From assembly GCA_965612865.1 (NCBI GenBank), contig CBFDTJ010000011.1:1-27311 (forward strand): a stretch of DNA of 27,311 nucleotides, written 5' to 3'. Below the pieces are notes generated by a model. It saw nothing but the letters and a program-made list of their open reading frames with translations. It was not told the DNA's origin and ran no database searches. This document shows, in pieces, positions 1-7,933 of the stretch. A program made the translations under genes and the position numbers. The DNA is from an uncultured bacterium. Its GTDB lineage: Bacteria > Caldisericota > Caldisericia > B22-G15. Numbering within the stretch: position 1 is the first letter of the stretch; every line of letters starts with the position of its first letter.

Positions 1-71
1 TAATGATACGGCGACCACCGAGATCTACACCTAAGCCTTCGTCGGCAGCGTCAGATGTGTATAAGAGACAG
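1..71 (+). other. Illumina Nextera P5 adapter + i5 index CTAAGCCT + Tn5 mosaic end (technical artefact)
   Basis: Exact AATGATACGGCGACCACCGAGATCTACAC (2-30), 8-nt index (31-38), TCGTCGGCAGCGTC (39-52), AGATGTGTATAAGAGACAG (53-71). Confidence 0.99.
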
Positions 72-1818
72 TACTGAGACATATTAACTGTCTTTCGTTG
101 AACATCTGGTACCAATACTTGATATTTCGCTCTAATAGCCTATGGGTCTCTTGTAAATCAGGTATCTCTTGGTCAGGTATCAGTTTACCAAGCAACTCGT
201 CTTTTTTCTCCTCAAACTCCTTTTTCCCTTCCTCTACTCCCTTTTTCATTTCATCCATACCTGATATGGTTACAGAAAGTCCAGGAACATCTTTTCCCAT
301 GATCTTACCTGAATTAGAAATTGCCTTAAGGACATTAACTAAATCCATAAACTTCTCTGTTATATCGGTGGATAAGGCACCTATACCTTCTTTAAGTCCT
401 TCACCCATCTTTTTTAAATTCAAGGAGAAACCTTTCAAACCCGGTGTAACTACTCCGTTTATCTCTCCACCTTCTGAAAGGGTGATTAGCGTTTTTTTCA
501 TCTCAATATTTCCATCCACCAGAGCGTTTACACCATACAAACCCTGTTTGATCATATTCAATGAGCCTATCACCTCGTCCATTCCTTTAGAGAGTCTCTC
601 TAAGTTTTCCTTTGTTTCCTTGAAAGAGGGGATCCTTATTCCATCTGGTGTAATGCCGCCCTCGAGGAGAAGTTTTATCAGAGCCTCTTCCTTCTTAAGG
701 GTTTCTAAAAGGGATAAGGTTACAGGACTTTGAGTATTTTCAGCAAGTTTTTGTGATGTGTTGTTTAGTTCAAGAATATTTTTTGTTATAGCGCTATATG
801 CATCCATCAGTGAAACAATCATATCTATTCCTTCTTTCTCTCTTTTAAGCCCAATAATTATACTGTCAATTCCTTCTGATAGATCCTTTAATTTGGATAA
901 CTCCTGTTCATCAATTTTTTCAGAGAGCATAAGAAGTACATCCCCCTCAGATTTTATCCCTTCAGATATCATATTTATTCCCTTTATCAGTTCGTTAAAC
1001 TGTGAAAAGTCCATCTTGTTGAGTCCACTCTCAAGATTAGTTCTTGTTTCATCTATTATCGTTTTTTGAGCCTTTACAAGAGATAGAAGTTTATCAATAC
1101 CGCCTTCCAACTCATCAAAAACCTCTGGTTCAGGGATATCTACAGAAAAATAGGATGGTATGACAGTGATTATAATCTCTGGAAGTGAAATACTTTCACT
1201 TTCAAACTCTATGAATCCGCTATCCTCTGGATCAAGTATGAGTGTAAGATTCACCTGGTATTTTCTCCCCATAATCATAGGTTTAAAATCACCACTTACT
1301 TTTACATTCTTCACTTTTTCTGTATCAAGAGATGTTGTAAGTATGGCGAGCAGTGGCACAGTTTCACTGTCAACTTTAAGGTCTGTTTTAGCAGAAATAT
1401 CTATTCTTAAGTTTCCGTTCTGCCCCTTCACCTTCTCTACAGGCATCTCTTTTCCATTAAGAAAATATTTTATATTTATACTAAAAGGTATCTTACCCAC
1501 ATAATTTCCCCTGTAATATACATCACTTATGTCTTTACTTTCTCCTTTTATAAGAACAAAACCATCTTTTACTTCAATACTACCTTCACCATACATCTTT
1601 CTTACATCGTGAAGATCCTTAATAGGGTCTTTTACTTCAAACTTCCCCTTCCCTTTAACTCTTATCCAATCCACAAGAATTTTCTCTTCAAAATTTCCAT
1701 ATGGATCTGATAAGATATAGACTGTTTCACTATCCTTTACCTTTGTCTGTGAAAATGTAGAGAATAGAGGTACAAATGTGAAAATTGTCATTGCTATGAT
1801 TATAATTAATTTCTTCAT
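72..1818 (-). CDS. Secreted/membrane-anchored protein with long X-X-X-Leu-X-X-Gly-like heptad coiled-coil region (MMPL-operon partner); 3' end truncated, possibly chimeric
   Basis: Signal peptide MKKLIIIIAMTIFTF; N-terminal 'ETVY..DPYG..IVDW' and 'IKYFLNGKEM..VKGQNG' motifs typical of TetR-MMPL-associated proteins; helical repeats 'L..LSEG', 'LSKG', 'LKEG'; SD GGAGGTG upstream. The ORF tail TVSYTHLTLPTKA is adapter-derived. Confidence 0.7.
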
Positions 1819-1819
1819 A

Positions 1820-3877
1820 CTACACCTCCTTCTTTGACCATCTAAATGTTGTATATTTGAACAATTTATCTAAACCAGCAAGAAGAGCTGGCAAGAAGAT
1901 AAGAACGGCAAAGGTACTTAACATTGCACCCCTTGCCAGACTCCCCATGCTGAGACTCAAAACCTTTATGTCACTTAACATTGCTGTGGGCAAGGTCATG
2001 AGTATCATTGTTCCTGCACTTGTTAAAATGGAGTGAGAACTCCAATGGACTGCTTCGGTTATAGCTGCTAAAGGCTTTAGACCATTTCTTCTCTCCTCCT
2101 GATATCTTGATGTAAGCAAAACTGCATAGTCAATTGTTGCTCCCAACTGTATGGTATTCAAAAGTATTGGAATGAAGAAAGGTGGACTCATACCTATCAT
2201 TGTATAATAAGCAATATTTGACCAGATTGCCACTTTAATTATTAATGCAAGGACGGGTGGAACAAAAAGTGAGAGAAAACCAAGCGCTATTATAATGAGG
2301 ATAAGATAAATTGATATTTTCCCTGTCCTCTCCAGATCCTTCATGGAAATCTCCTTCACATCGTTTATGAGTGCAGATTCTCCAGTTCCATAAACCTCAC
2401 CCTTTACAGTGTTATGGACAATGTTTGTAATTTCCTTTCTTAAAGCTTTTTCCCTTTCATCCTCAGGGGGGTATTTGCTGTAAACGATGGCATATGTGTA
2501 ATTTTTGGAACTAAATCTACTTATTAAATCTTCTGGTATGAACTCTTCAGGTATTGTTGGATCTACCATTGTGCTGTAGTGCAATACGTTCTTTACACCT
2601 TTAAGATTCTTTACCTTGTAAAGAGCGTCAATAAATCCCTCATTTTCCTTCTTTGAAATTATAAATAGTGTATCTCTTTCACCAAAGATATCGTTGACTT
2701 TGTTCATCGTTCTAATTGATGGAAGATCCTCTGGAAGGAAATGTTTTTGATCATATTCAAGACCTATTTTAGTTGAACCGAAGTAAGAGAGGGATAACAC
2801 TATAATGAATATTATTATAAACACGGGGGAGAGTTTCCCTATAAATTTCCCAAGATTTCCTGCTGTTAGAGGAATAACACCGTGTTTTTTACCACCTATA
2901 ACCAACTTGTCAAAAATAAGAAATAAGGAAGGCAGGAACAGGAAGGACGCAATTAATGAAATGGTAACTCCTCTTACAAGAAGCCACCCCATCTGGGGGA
3001 ATAAATCCAATTTCCCAAATGTCAAGGCAAAGAATCCCGCAATTGTTGTAAGTCCACTCAGAAGTATGGGTTTTATAGTAGTTGTTAAAGTATCCACCAT
3101 AGCAGTTTCCTTACTGTTCTTGATCCTTTCCTCAACATATCTATGGTATAGAAACAAGGAATAGTCAAGTGTTACTGCAAGTTGAAGTATTGCTACTATT
3201 GTTTCGGAAAGATAAAAGATAGGTTTACCAGAAAAAGCTGTAATTCCCATATTTATAACAACAGCGGATACCATGGATAAAACTATAAAAATAGGTCCCC
3301 AGAACCGTGGAAATGTGAGGAACAAAAATATGCTGACAAGTATTATGCCTATAATAAAATACTCTTCAGTTTTACCTTTGAAGCGATCCTTAAGTTCGTT
3401 CATTAAGACATCATTTCCCGTAATTGAAGCTTCTTTAGGGAGAATAGATTTTATATCTTCAATTTGATCTCCATACGATTGTGAATGCTTAAGAGTAACC
3501 TGAATCTTAAAAACTCCATCTTTATACCAATCTTTTGACTCTTCTCCCCAGAATTCTTTCGGAAGGGATATGTCCTGAAAGTCATCAAGCCACATCACAG
3601 AGTCAATATAGGGAAGGATCTTTAGTTTGTCTATGAGTTTTTCCACTTTTGTTAGGTTATCTGTTTCGTATATAATTGTTAAATCTGCACCATGGGAAAT
3701 CTCTTCTTCAAGAATTTTTAATCCTTTAACAGATTCAACCTCATCTGGAAGTAGGTCATATATATCAAAGGAGAGCTGCCTTTTTGGAATAAAGTATATG
3801 GATAAACCTATAAGCAAGAGAAAAATTATAAATATAATCCACTTTGATTTAACAACTATTTCGGCAAATCTTTTCAT
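1820..3877 (-). CDS. MMPL/RND-family transporter
   Basis: Two repeats of TM + extracytoplasmic domain + 5 TM; motifs LQLAVTLDYSLFL, SGLTTIAGF, IQLGATIDYAVLLTSRY. Confidence 0.92.
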   Translation of the reverse strand: MKRFAEIVVKSKWIIFIIFLLLIGLSIYFIPKRQLSFDIYDLLPDEVESVKGLKILEEEISHGADLTIIYETDNLTKVEKLIDKLKILPYIDSVMWLDDFQDISLPKEFWGEESKDWYKDGVFKIQVTLKHSQSYGDQIEDIKSILPKEASITGNDVLMNELKDRFKGKTEEYFIIGIILVSIFLFLTFPRFWGPIFIVLSMVSAVVINMGITAFSGKPIFYLSETIVAILQLAVTLDYSLFLYHRYVEERIKNSKETAMVDTLTTTIKPILLSGLTTIAGFFALTFGKLDLFPQMGWLLVRGVTISLIASFLFLPSLFLIFDKLVIGGKKHGVIPLTAGNLGKFIGKLSPVFIIIFIIVLSLSYFGSTKIGLEYDQKHFLPEDLPSIRTMNKVNDIFGERDTLFIISKKENEGFIDALYKVKNLKGVKNVLHYSTMVDPTIPEEFIPEDLISRFSSKNYTYAIVYSKYPPEDEREKALRKEITNIVHNTVKGEVYGTGESALINDVKEISMKDLERTGKISIYLILIIIALGFLSLFVPPVLALIIKVAIWSNIAYYTMIGMSPPFFIPILLNTIQLGATIDYAVLLTSRYQEERRNGLKPLAAITEAVHWSSHSILTSAGTMILMTLPTAMLSDIKVLSLSMGSLARGAMLSTFAVLIFLPALLAGLDKLFKYTTFRWSKKEV

Positions 3878-4425
3878 TCTTTCTCACCTCCTAAACCATA
3901 CCAGATTCTTTTACTTAACTCCTTCAAAGGAGGAATTTTGTTTCCAAATATGACTGCTACCCATAGAGACAACAGTATCCCCTGTAAGAATAAAATATCT
4001 GTTTCGTCAGCCTTGTCTTTAAGAAGGAGAACAAATTGCTTAAGCTTCTCATCAATTCTTTCTCTCAATTTCTCTCTCATCTCCTCTCTCACTTTTGTGG
4101 GAGCAAAGCTCACATCCCTTATTATTGTGAGAATGCTTGAAGAAAAGTTTTTTGACAAAGAAAGATTCAATTTCAGGAAACTTTCAATGTAATCTACTGG
4201 ATTTTTTTTCTTGATGGATACAATCTTAAAGAATTCCTTTTCAACATTTTCAATTAAAGACTCTATTATACTCTCAAGTAGCTCCTCCTTTGATTTAAAA
4301 TAGGTGTAAAAGCTTCCTTTGGAGATTCCTGCAAGTTTTGTTATCTCCTCAATGCTTGTTTGATTAAAACCTTTTTCCATGAAGAGCTTAAGCGATACTG
4401 TTAAGATTTTCTCTCTTTTTTCCAT
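3874..4425 (-). CDS. TetR/AcrR family transcriptional regulator
   Basis: HTH 'LFMEKGFNQTSIEEITKLAGISKGSFYTYFKSKEEL'; SD AAGGAGGTG at 4428-4436; ATGA overlap with MMPL gene. Confidence 0.95.
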   Translation of the reverse strand: MEKREKILTVSLKLFMEKGFNQTSIEEITKLAGISKGSFYTYFKSKEELLESIIESLIENVEKEFFKIVSIKKKNPVDYIESFLKLNLSLSKNFSSSILTIIRDVSFAPTKVREEMREKLRERIDEKLKQFVLLLKDKADETDILFLQGILLSLWVAVIFGNKIPPLKELSKRIWYGLGGEKE

Positions 4426-4438
4426 AGCACCTCCTTGT

Positions 4439-4456
4439 TGACTGACCAGTCAGTCA
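4439..4456. promoter_or_regulatory. Putative TetR operator (perfect 8-2-8 inverted repeat TGACTGAC-CA-GTCAGTCA)
   Basis: Lies between the tetR -10 box and its SD, covering the expected transcription start. Confidence 0.8.
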
Positions 4457-4457
4457 T

Positions 4458-4485
4458 ATTATATAAAAATATTTATTTTTGTCAA
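4458..4485 (-). promoter_or_regulatory. Sigma70/SigA promoter of the tetR-MMPL operon
   Basis: Minus strand TTGACA (4485-4480), 16-nt spacer, TATAAT (4463-4458): full consensus hexamers. Confidence 0.8.
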
Positions 4486-4489
4486 GTAT

Positions 4490-4517
4490 TTCAAAAAATG
4501 TCCAAATCTTTTATAAT
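4490..4517 (+). promoter_or_regulatory. Candidate promoter for the DUF59-tagA-tagA-csaB-comF operon
   Basis: TTCAAA (4490-4495), 16 nt, TATAAT (4512-4517); SD AGGAGG before ATG 4549. Confidence 0.45.
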
Positions 4518-4548
4518 TTAAAGTGTTAATAACTTATAGGAGGAAAGA

Positions 4549-4848
4549 ATGGTTACAAAGGAAGAGATACTTGAGGCATTAAAAGAGGTGTATGATCCTG
4601 AGATTCCAGTTGACATTGTTAATCTTGGTTTAGTATACGATGTAAAGATTGAGGATGGAAAAGTAAAAATTTTAATGACATTGACTGCAGTAGGCTGTCC
4701 CGTTGGACCATTGATTGTGGATATGGTTAAGCTAAGACTTCTGAAACTTGAGGGTGTCAACGAAGTGGAGGTTGAATTGACTTTCGATCCACCCTGGACA
4801 CCTGATAAAATGAGTGAAGAGGCGAAAAAGAAATTAGGAATGGAATGA
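4549..4848 (+). CDS. DUF59 metal-sulfur cluster assembly factor (SufT/PaaD-like)
   Basis: Motifs 'LKEVYDPEIPVDIVNLGLVY', 'MTLTAVGCP', 'FDPPWTP'. Confidence 0.95.
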   Translation: MVTKEEILEALKEVYDPEIPVDIVNLGLVYDVKIEDGKVKILMTLTAVGCPVGPLIVDMVKLRLLKLEGVNEVEVELTFDPPWTPDKMSEEAKKKLGME

Positions 4849-5573
4849 AGGATATTCTCGGGGTGCCGGTAGAACCCCTCTCCTTTGCTAAGGCAAAGGA
4901 GAGGATAACAAAATTTTTAACTGATGGGGGTTATCATATGATAACCCCCATAAATCCAGAGAAGATAGTGAGAAGTCTTAAAGATGAGAAACTAAAAAAA
5001 ATTCTTACCTTTTCTGATCTACTCTTACCAGATGGTTATGGAGTGATATGGGCGGGGAGGATTCTTGGTATAAAAATCCCCGAGAGAATAACAGGTGTGG
5101 ATATGTTTGAATCACTTCTTGATTACTGTAATGAGAAATCTCTAAAAGTTTACTTTCTTGGAGCCAGAGAGGAAACATTGAAAGAGATGATAGAAAAGAT
5201 TAAAAAGAAATATCCTAACCTTAACATATCAGGCTATCACAATGGATACTTTGACGAACCCAGCAGTATAGTAAAAGAAATAGGAGAAAAAGGGGTGGAT
5301 TTTCTCTTTGTTGCCATGGGAAGTCCAAAACAGGAGTACTTCATATACGATAATTTTGATAAGCTAAAAGCAAAGGTGTCAATGGGAGTGGGCGGAAGTT
5401 TTGATGTCTTTGCAGGTAAGGTTAAAAGAGCACCTAAGCTTATCCGAAGAATGGGTCTTGAATGGTTATTTAGATTTATACTTCAACCAAGAAAGAGATT
5501 TCCAAGAATACTTCTTTTGTTTAAATTTGCATACCTTGTTTTAAAGGAGAGGGTGAGTCTTGGAAAGGGTTAA
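4845..5573 (+). CDS. tagA: WecB/TagA/CpsF family glycosyltransferase (GT26), copy 1
   Basis: Motifs INPE, PDGYG, ERITGVD, HNGYF, AMGSPKQE, GVGGSFD, RAP..MGLEWL. Confidence 0.93.
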   Translation: MKDILGVPVEPLSFAKAKERITKFLTDGGYHMITPINPEKIVRSLKDEKLKKILTFSDLLLPDGYGVIWAGRILGIKIPERITGVDMFESLLDYCNEKSLKVYFLGAREETLKEMIEKIKKKYPNLNISGYHNGYFDEPSSIVKEIGEKGVDFLFVAMGSPKQEYFIYDNFDKLKAKVSMGVGGSFDVFAGKVKRAPKLIRRMGLEWLFRFILQPRKRFPRILLLFKFAYLVLKERVSLGKG

Positions 5574-6291
5574 TATTCTTGGAATACCGGTGGATAAAAT
5601 AACGAGAAAAGAGGCGCTGGATAGACTCCTTTCCTTTATCGAGTCCAGGAAATTCCATCTTGTAGTTACAATTAACTCTGAGAATGGAACAAAGGCCATT
5701 GAAAAGAAAGAATTTTTAGATGTGATAAGAAAGGCAGACCTCGTTGTTCCAGATGGAATAGGAATAATATATGCATCAAGGATACTTGGAGATAAACTTC
5801 CAGAGAGAGTACCTGGCATTGATCTCACATATGATCTTTTAAAGGTATGTGCAAAGAAAGGTTTTAGTGTGGTTCTTGTTGGAGGAAAAGAGGGAGTTGC
5901 TGATAAAGCCAAAAGGAATCTAATTAAAGAGATTCCAAATCTTAAGATATTATCCACCTTTAATGGATACTTTGATAAGGAGGAAGAGATTAAGATTGTT
6001 GAAGAGATAAAGAGGGAAAAACCAGATGTTCTTTTAGTGGGCATGGGGTCCGAAAAGCAGGAATTGTGGATCTATAAATGGAGAGAAGAATTTAAGGATA
6101 TTCCTGTCTGCATTGGTATAGGTGGAAGTCTTGACATATGGGCTGGAGAGAAGAAGAGAGCGCCAAAATTCATTCAGGACCTTGGACTTGAATGGTTATA
6201 CAGAACCATACTTGAACCAAGAAGGATTAAAAGAGTATTAAAGATATTTAAATTTTTGTTTAGGCTTGTCTCAGAGCGATGGAAAAAGTAG
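5560..6291 (+). CDS. tagA: WecB/TagA/CpsF family glycosyltransferase (GT26), copy 2
   Basis: Motifs INSE, PDGIG, ERVPGID, NGYF, GMGSEKQE, GIGGSLD, RAP..LGLEWLYR; TTG start with SD. Confidence 0.93.
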   Translation: MERVNILGIPVDKITRKEALDRLLSFIESRKFHLVVTINSENGTKAIEKKEFLDVIRKADLVVPDGIGIIYASRILGDKLPERVPGIDLTYDLLKVCAKKGFSVVLVGGKEGVADKAKRNLIKEIPNLKILSTFNGYFDKEEEIKIVEEIKREKPDVLLVGMGSEKQELWIYKWREEFKDIPVCIGIGGSLDIWAGEKKRAPKFIQDLGLEWLYRTILEPRRIKRVLKIFKFLFRLVSERWKK

Positions 6292-7279
6292 TTTTAGGGG
6301 GATATTTTGGATTTGAAAATCTCGGGGATGATGCAATCCTTTTATCTGAAGTCTCCTTTCTAAAAGAGAATGGTTTTGAACCGATAGTTTTAACCAATAA
6401 AGGAAAATCAATCTTTGGTGTAAAAGGAATAAGTAGAACCTCCATAAAGGATATACTGAGAATAAGAAATGAATTTTCTACATTTATACTTGGTGGAGGA
6501 GGTTTATTTCAGGATAAAACAAGCTTTAGAAGTCTTTTATACTATCTTTTTCTCATAGATTTTATGAAGAGATTGAAGAAGAAGGTCGTAATTTTTAATG
6601 TAGGTGTTGGGCCATTGATAAGGAAAATCTCCATAAAACTTCTCTTCTCTACTCTCAAGAAGGTAGATCTTGTAATCTTTAGAGATAGATTCTCCTTTGA
6701 TTTCTTTCCAGAGTTAAAAAATAAGTTTCTTGGTTTTGATTCAGCCTTTAGCTTAAACTTTGAAAGAAAGGAGACTAAGAAAAAAATTCTTGTCTCCTTA
6801 AGGTACTTTAAGGACCTTAATCTTAAAAAATTTAGTAAATTTATAAATATTCTCAGAGAAAAAATTCTTATGATTTTGAATTTGTTGTTTTCTCAGAGGA
6901 AGAGAAAGAGATAGCAAAAACTTTAAACCTTCCGTATTTTCACATGAAAGACCCTATCTCTGTCCTTGAGAAATTTTCTGAGGCTCAATTTTTAATAGGA
7001 ACAAGGTATCACTCGATACTCTTCTCTATAATGAACGAGATACCATTTCTTCCCATTCCATACGATTTAAAGGTTAGAGTTCTTTCTAAAGAGGTTGGTT
7101 TTAAAGATTTTATAGAAACACATGAGTCTCTGGATGTATGGATAGATAAATTTAATAAGGTTTTTGAGGAAAGGGAGGAGAGAAGGAAAATTATTAGTGA
7201 AAGAAAGAGGGAATTTATGGAAAGAGAGAGAAACTCTTTTTCCCTTCTTCTGAAATTTCTCTCAGATGGACATATCTAA
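6279..7279 (+). pseudogene. csaB: Polysaccharide pyruvyltransferase CsaB, split by a 1-nt frameshift near 6859-6866 (real lesion or sequencing error)
   Basis: N-terminal GYFGFENLGDDAIL, GGGGLFQDKTSFRSLLYY, GVGPL, FRD in 6279-6914; C-terminal IGTRYHSILFS and IPYDLKV in 6944-7279. The second frame is open from 6839 and reads ...SYDFEFVVFSEEEKEIAKTLNLPYFHMKDP; adding one base gives a ~333-aa protein. Confidence 0.85.
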
Positions 7280-7889
7280 GATTTTTCCTTTTCTGTTTAT
7301 TAATGAGTGTGTCGTATGTGGAAAGGAAGGCGAAGGTGCTATATGCAATGAGTGCAAGAAGAGTCTTTTTGTAAGAGGCAAAAGTAACACACTTATGGGA
7401 AACCCTCTTTACTTTATTACCACTTACAGATTAAAGGGTGAAAAACTTATAAACGAGATTAAAAGAGGAAAGGTTTCTCCAATCCCCTATCTTATAGAGG
7501 AATCCTTAAAGCTAATTGAACACGAAAGAATTGACATTGTTGTAGCTGTACCATCCATGGGATTTTTATTCTCATATATACCAGAACATCTCCTTTTAAT
7601 AGGAAAAGGCGTTGCAAAAAAGCTTAATACAAGGTATCTACCAATTATTGAGAAGGTAAAGAAAGTTAAAAGTCAAACCACGCTTTCTACTCAAGAAAGA
7701 TTGAGAAATCCCTTAGGTGCATTCAAGTTGAAGATGGGGGCAGAGAAAATAATCAAGGATAAAAGAATTCTTATAGTTGATGATGTCTATACAAGTGGCG
7801 CCACAATGAGAGAGTGCGAGAGGGAAATTGCAGGTCATGGTGGAAGTTCTCTATCTCTTGTAATTTCCAAAACAAGCCTTTTATCCTGA
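7266..7889 (+). CDS. comF: ComF/ComFC family protein (zinc ribbon + phosphoribosyltransferase fold)
   Basis: CVVC..CNEC; 'SQTTLS..ERLRN..GAF'; PRT motif ILIVDDVYTSGAT. Confidence 0.85.
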   Translation: MDISKIFPFLFINECVVCGKEGEGAICNECKKSLFVRGKSNTLMGNPLYFITTYRLKGEKLINEIKRGKVSPIPYLIEESLKLIEHERIDIVVAVPSMGFLFSYIPEHLLLIGKGVAKKLNTRYLPIIEKVKKVKSQTTLSTQERLRNPLGAFKLKMGAEKIIKDKRILIVDDVYTSGATMRECEREIAGHGGSSLSLVISKTSLLS

Positions 7890-7898
7890 AACAAAACT

Positions 7899-7918
7899 TG
7901 TTAGAATATGTATTCTAA
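7899..7918 (+). promoter_or_regulatory. Extended -10 promoter (TGnTAGAAT) overlapped by a perfect 8-2-8 palindrome TTAGAATA-TG-TATTCTAA
   Basis: TG-T-TAGAAT at 7899-7907; inverted repeat 7901-7918; SD GGAGGTG follows before ATG 7934. Confidence 0.6.
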
Positions 7919-7933
7919 AATGGAGGTGAGCTT

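Noticed and set aside
98..3953. Plus-strand ORFs (98-733, 758-1069, 1160-1504, 2805-3164, 3627-3953) and similar antisense ORFs elsewhere
   Set aside because: Ser/Phe/Ile-rich shadows of Lys/Glu-rich genes on the opposite strand, with no motifs.
6855..6870. Programmed -1 ribosomal frameshift in csaB
   Set aside because: No in-frame X XXY YYZ heptamer or evident downstream structure; a simple indel is more parsimonious.
6944..7279. Independent 111-aa gene
   Set aside because: It is the C-terminal part of frameshifted CsaB; the frame is open from 6839 and there is no clear SD.
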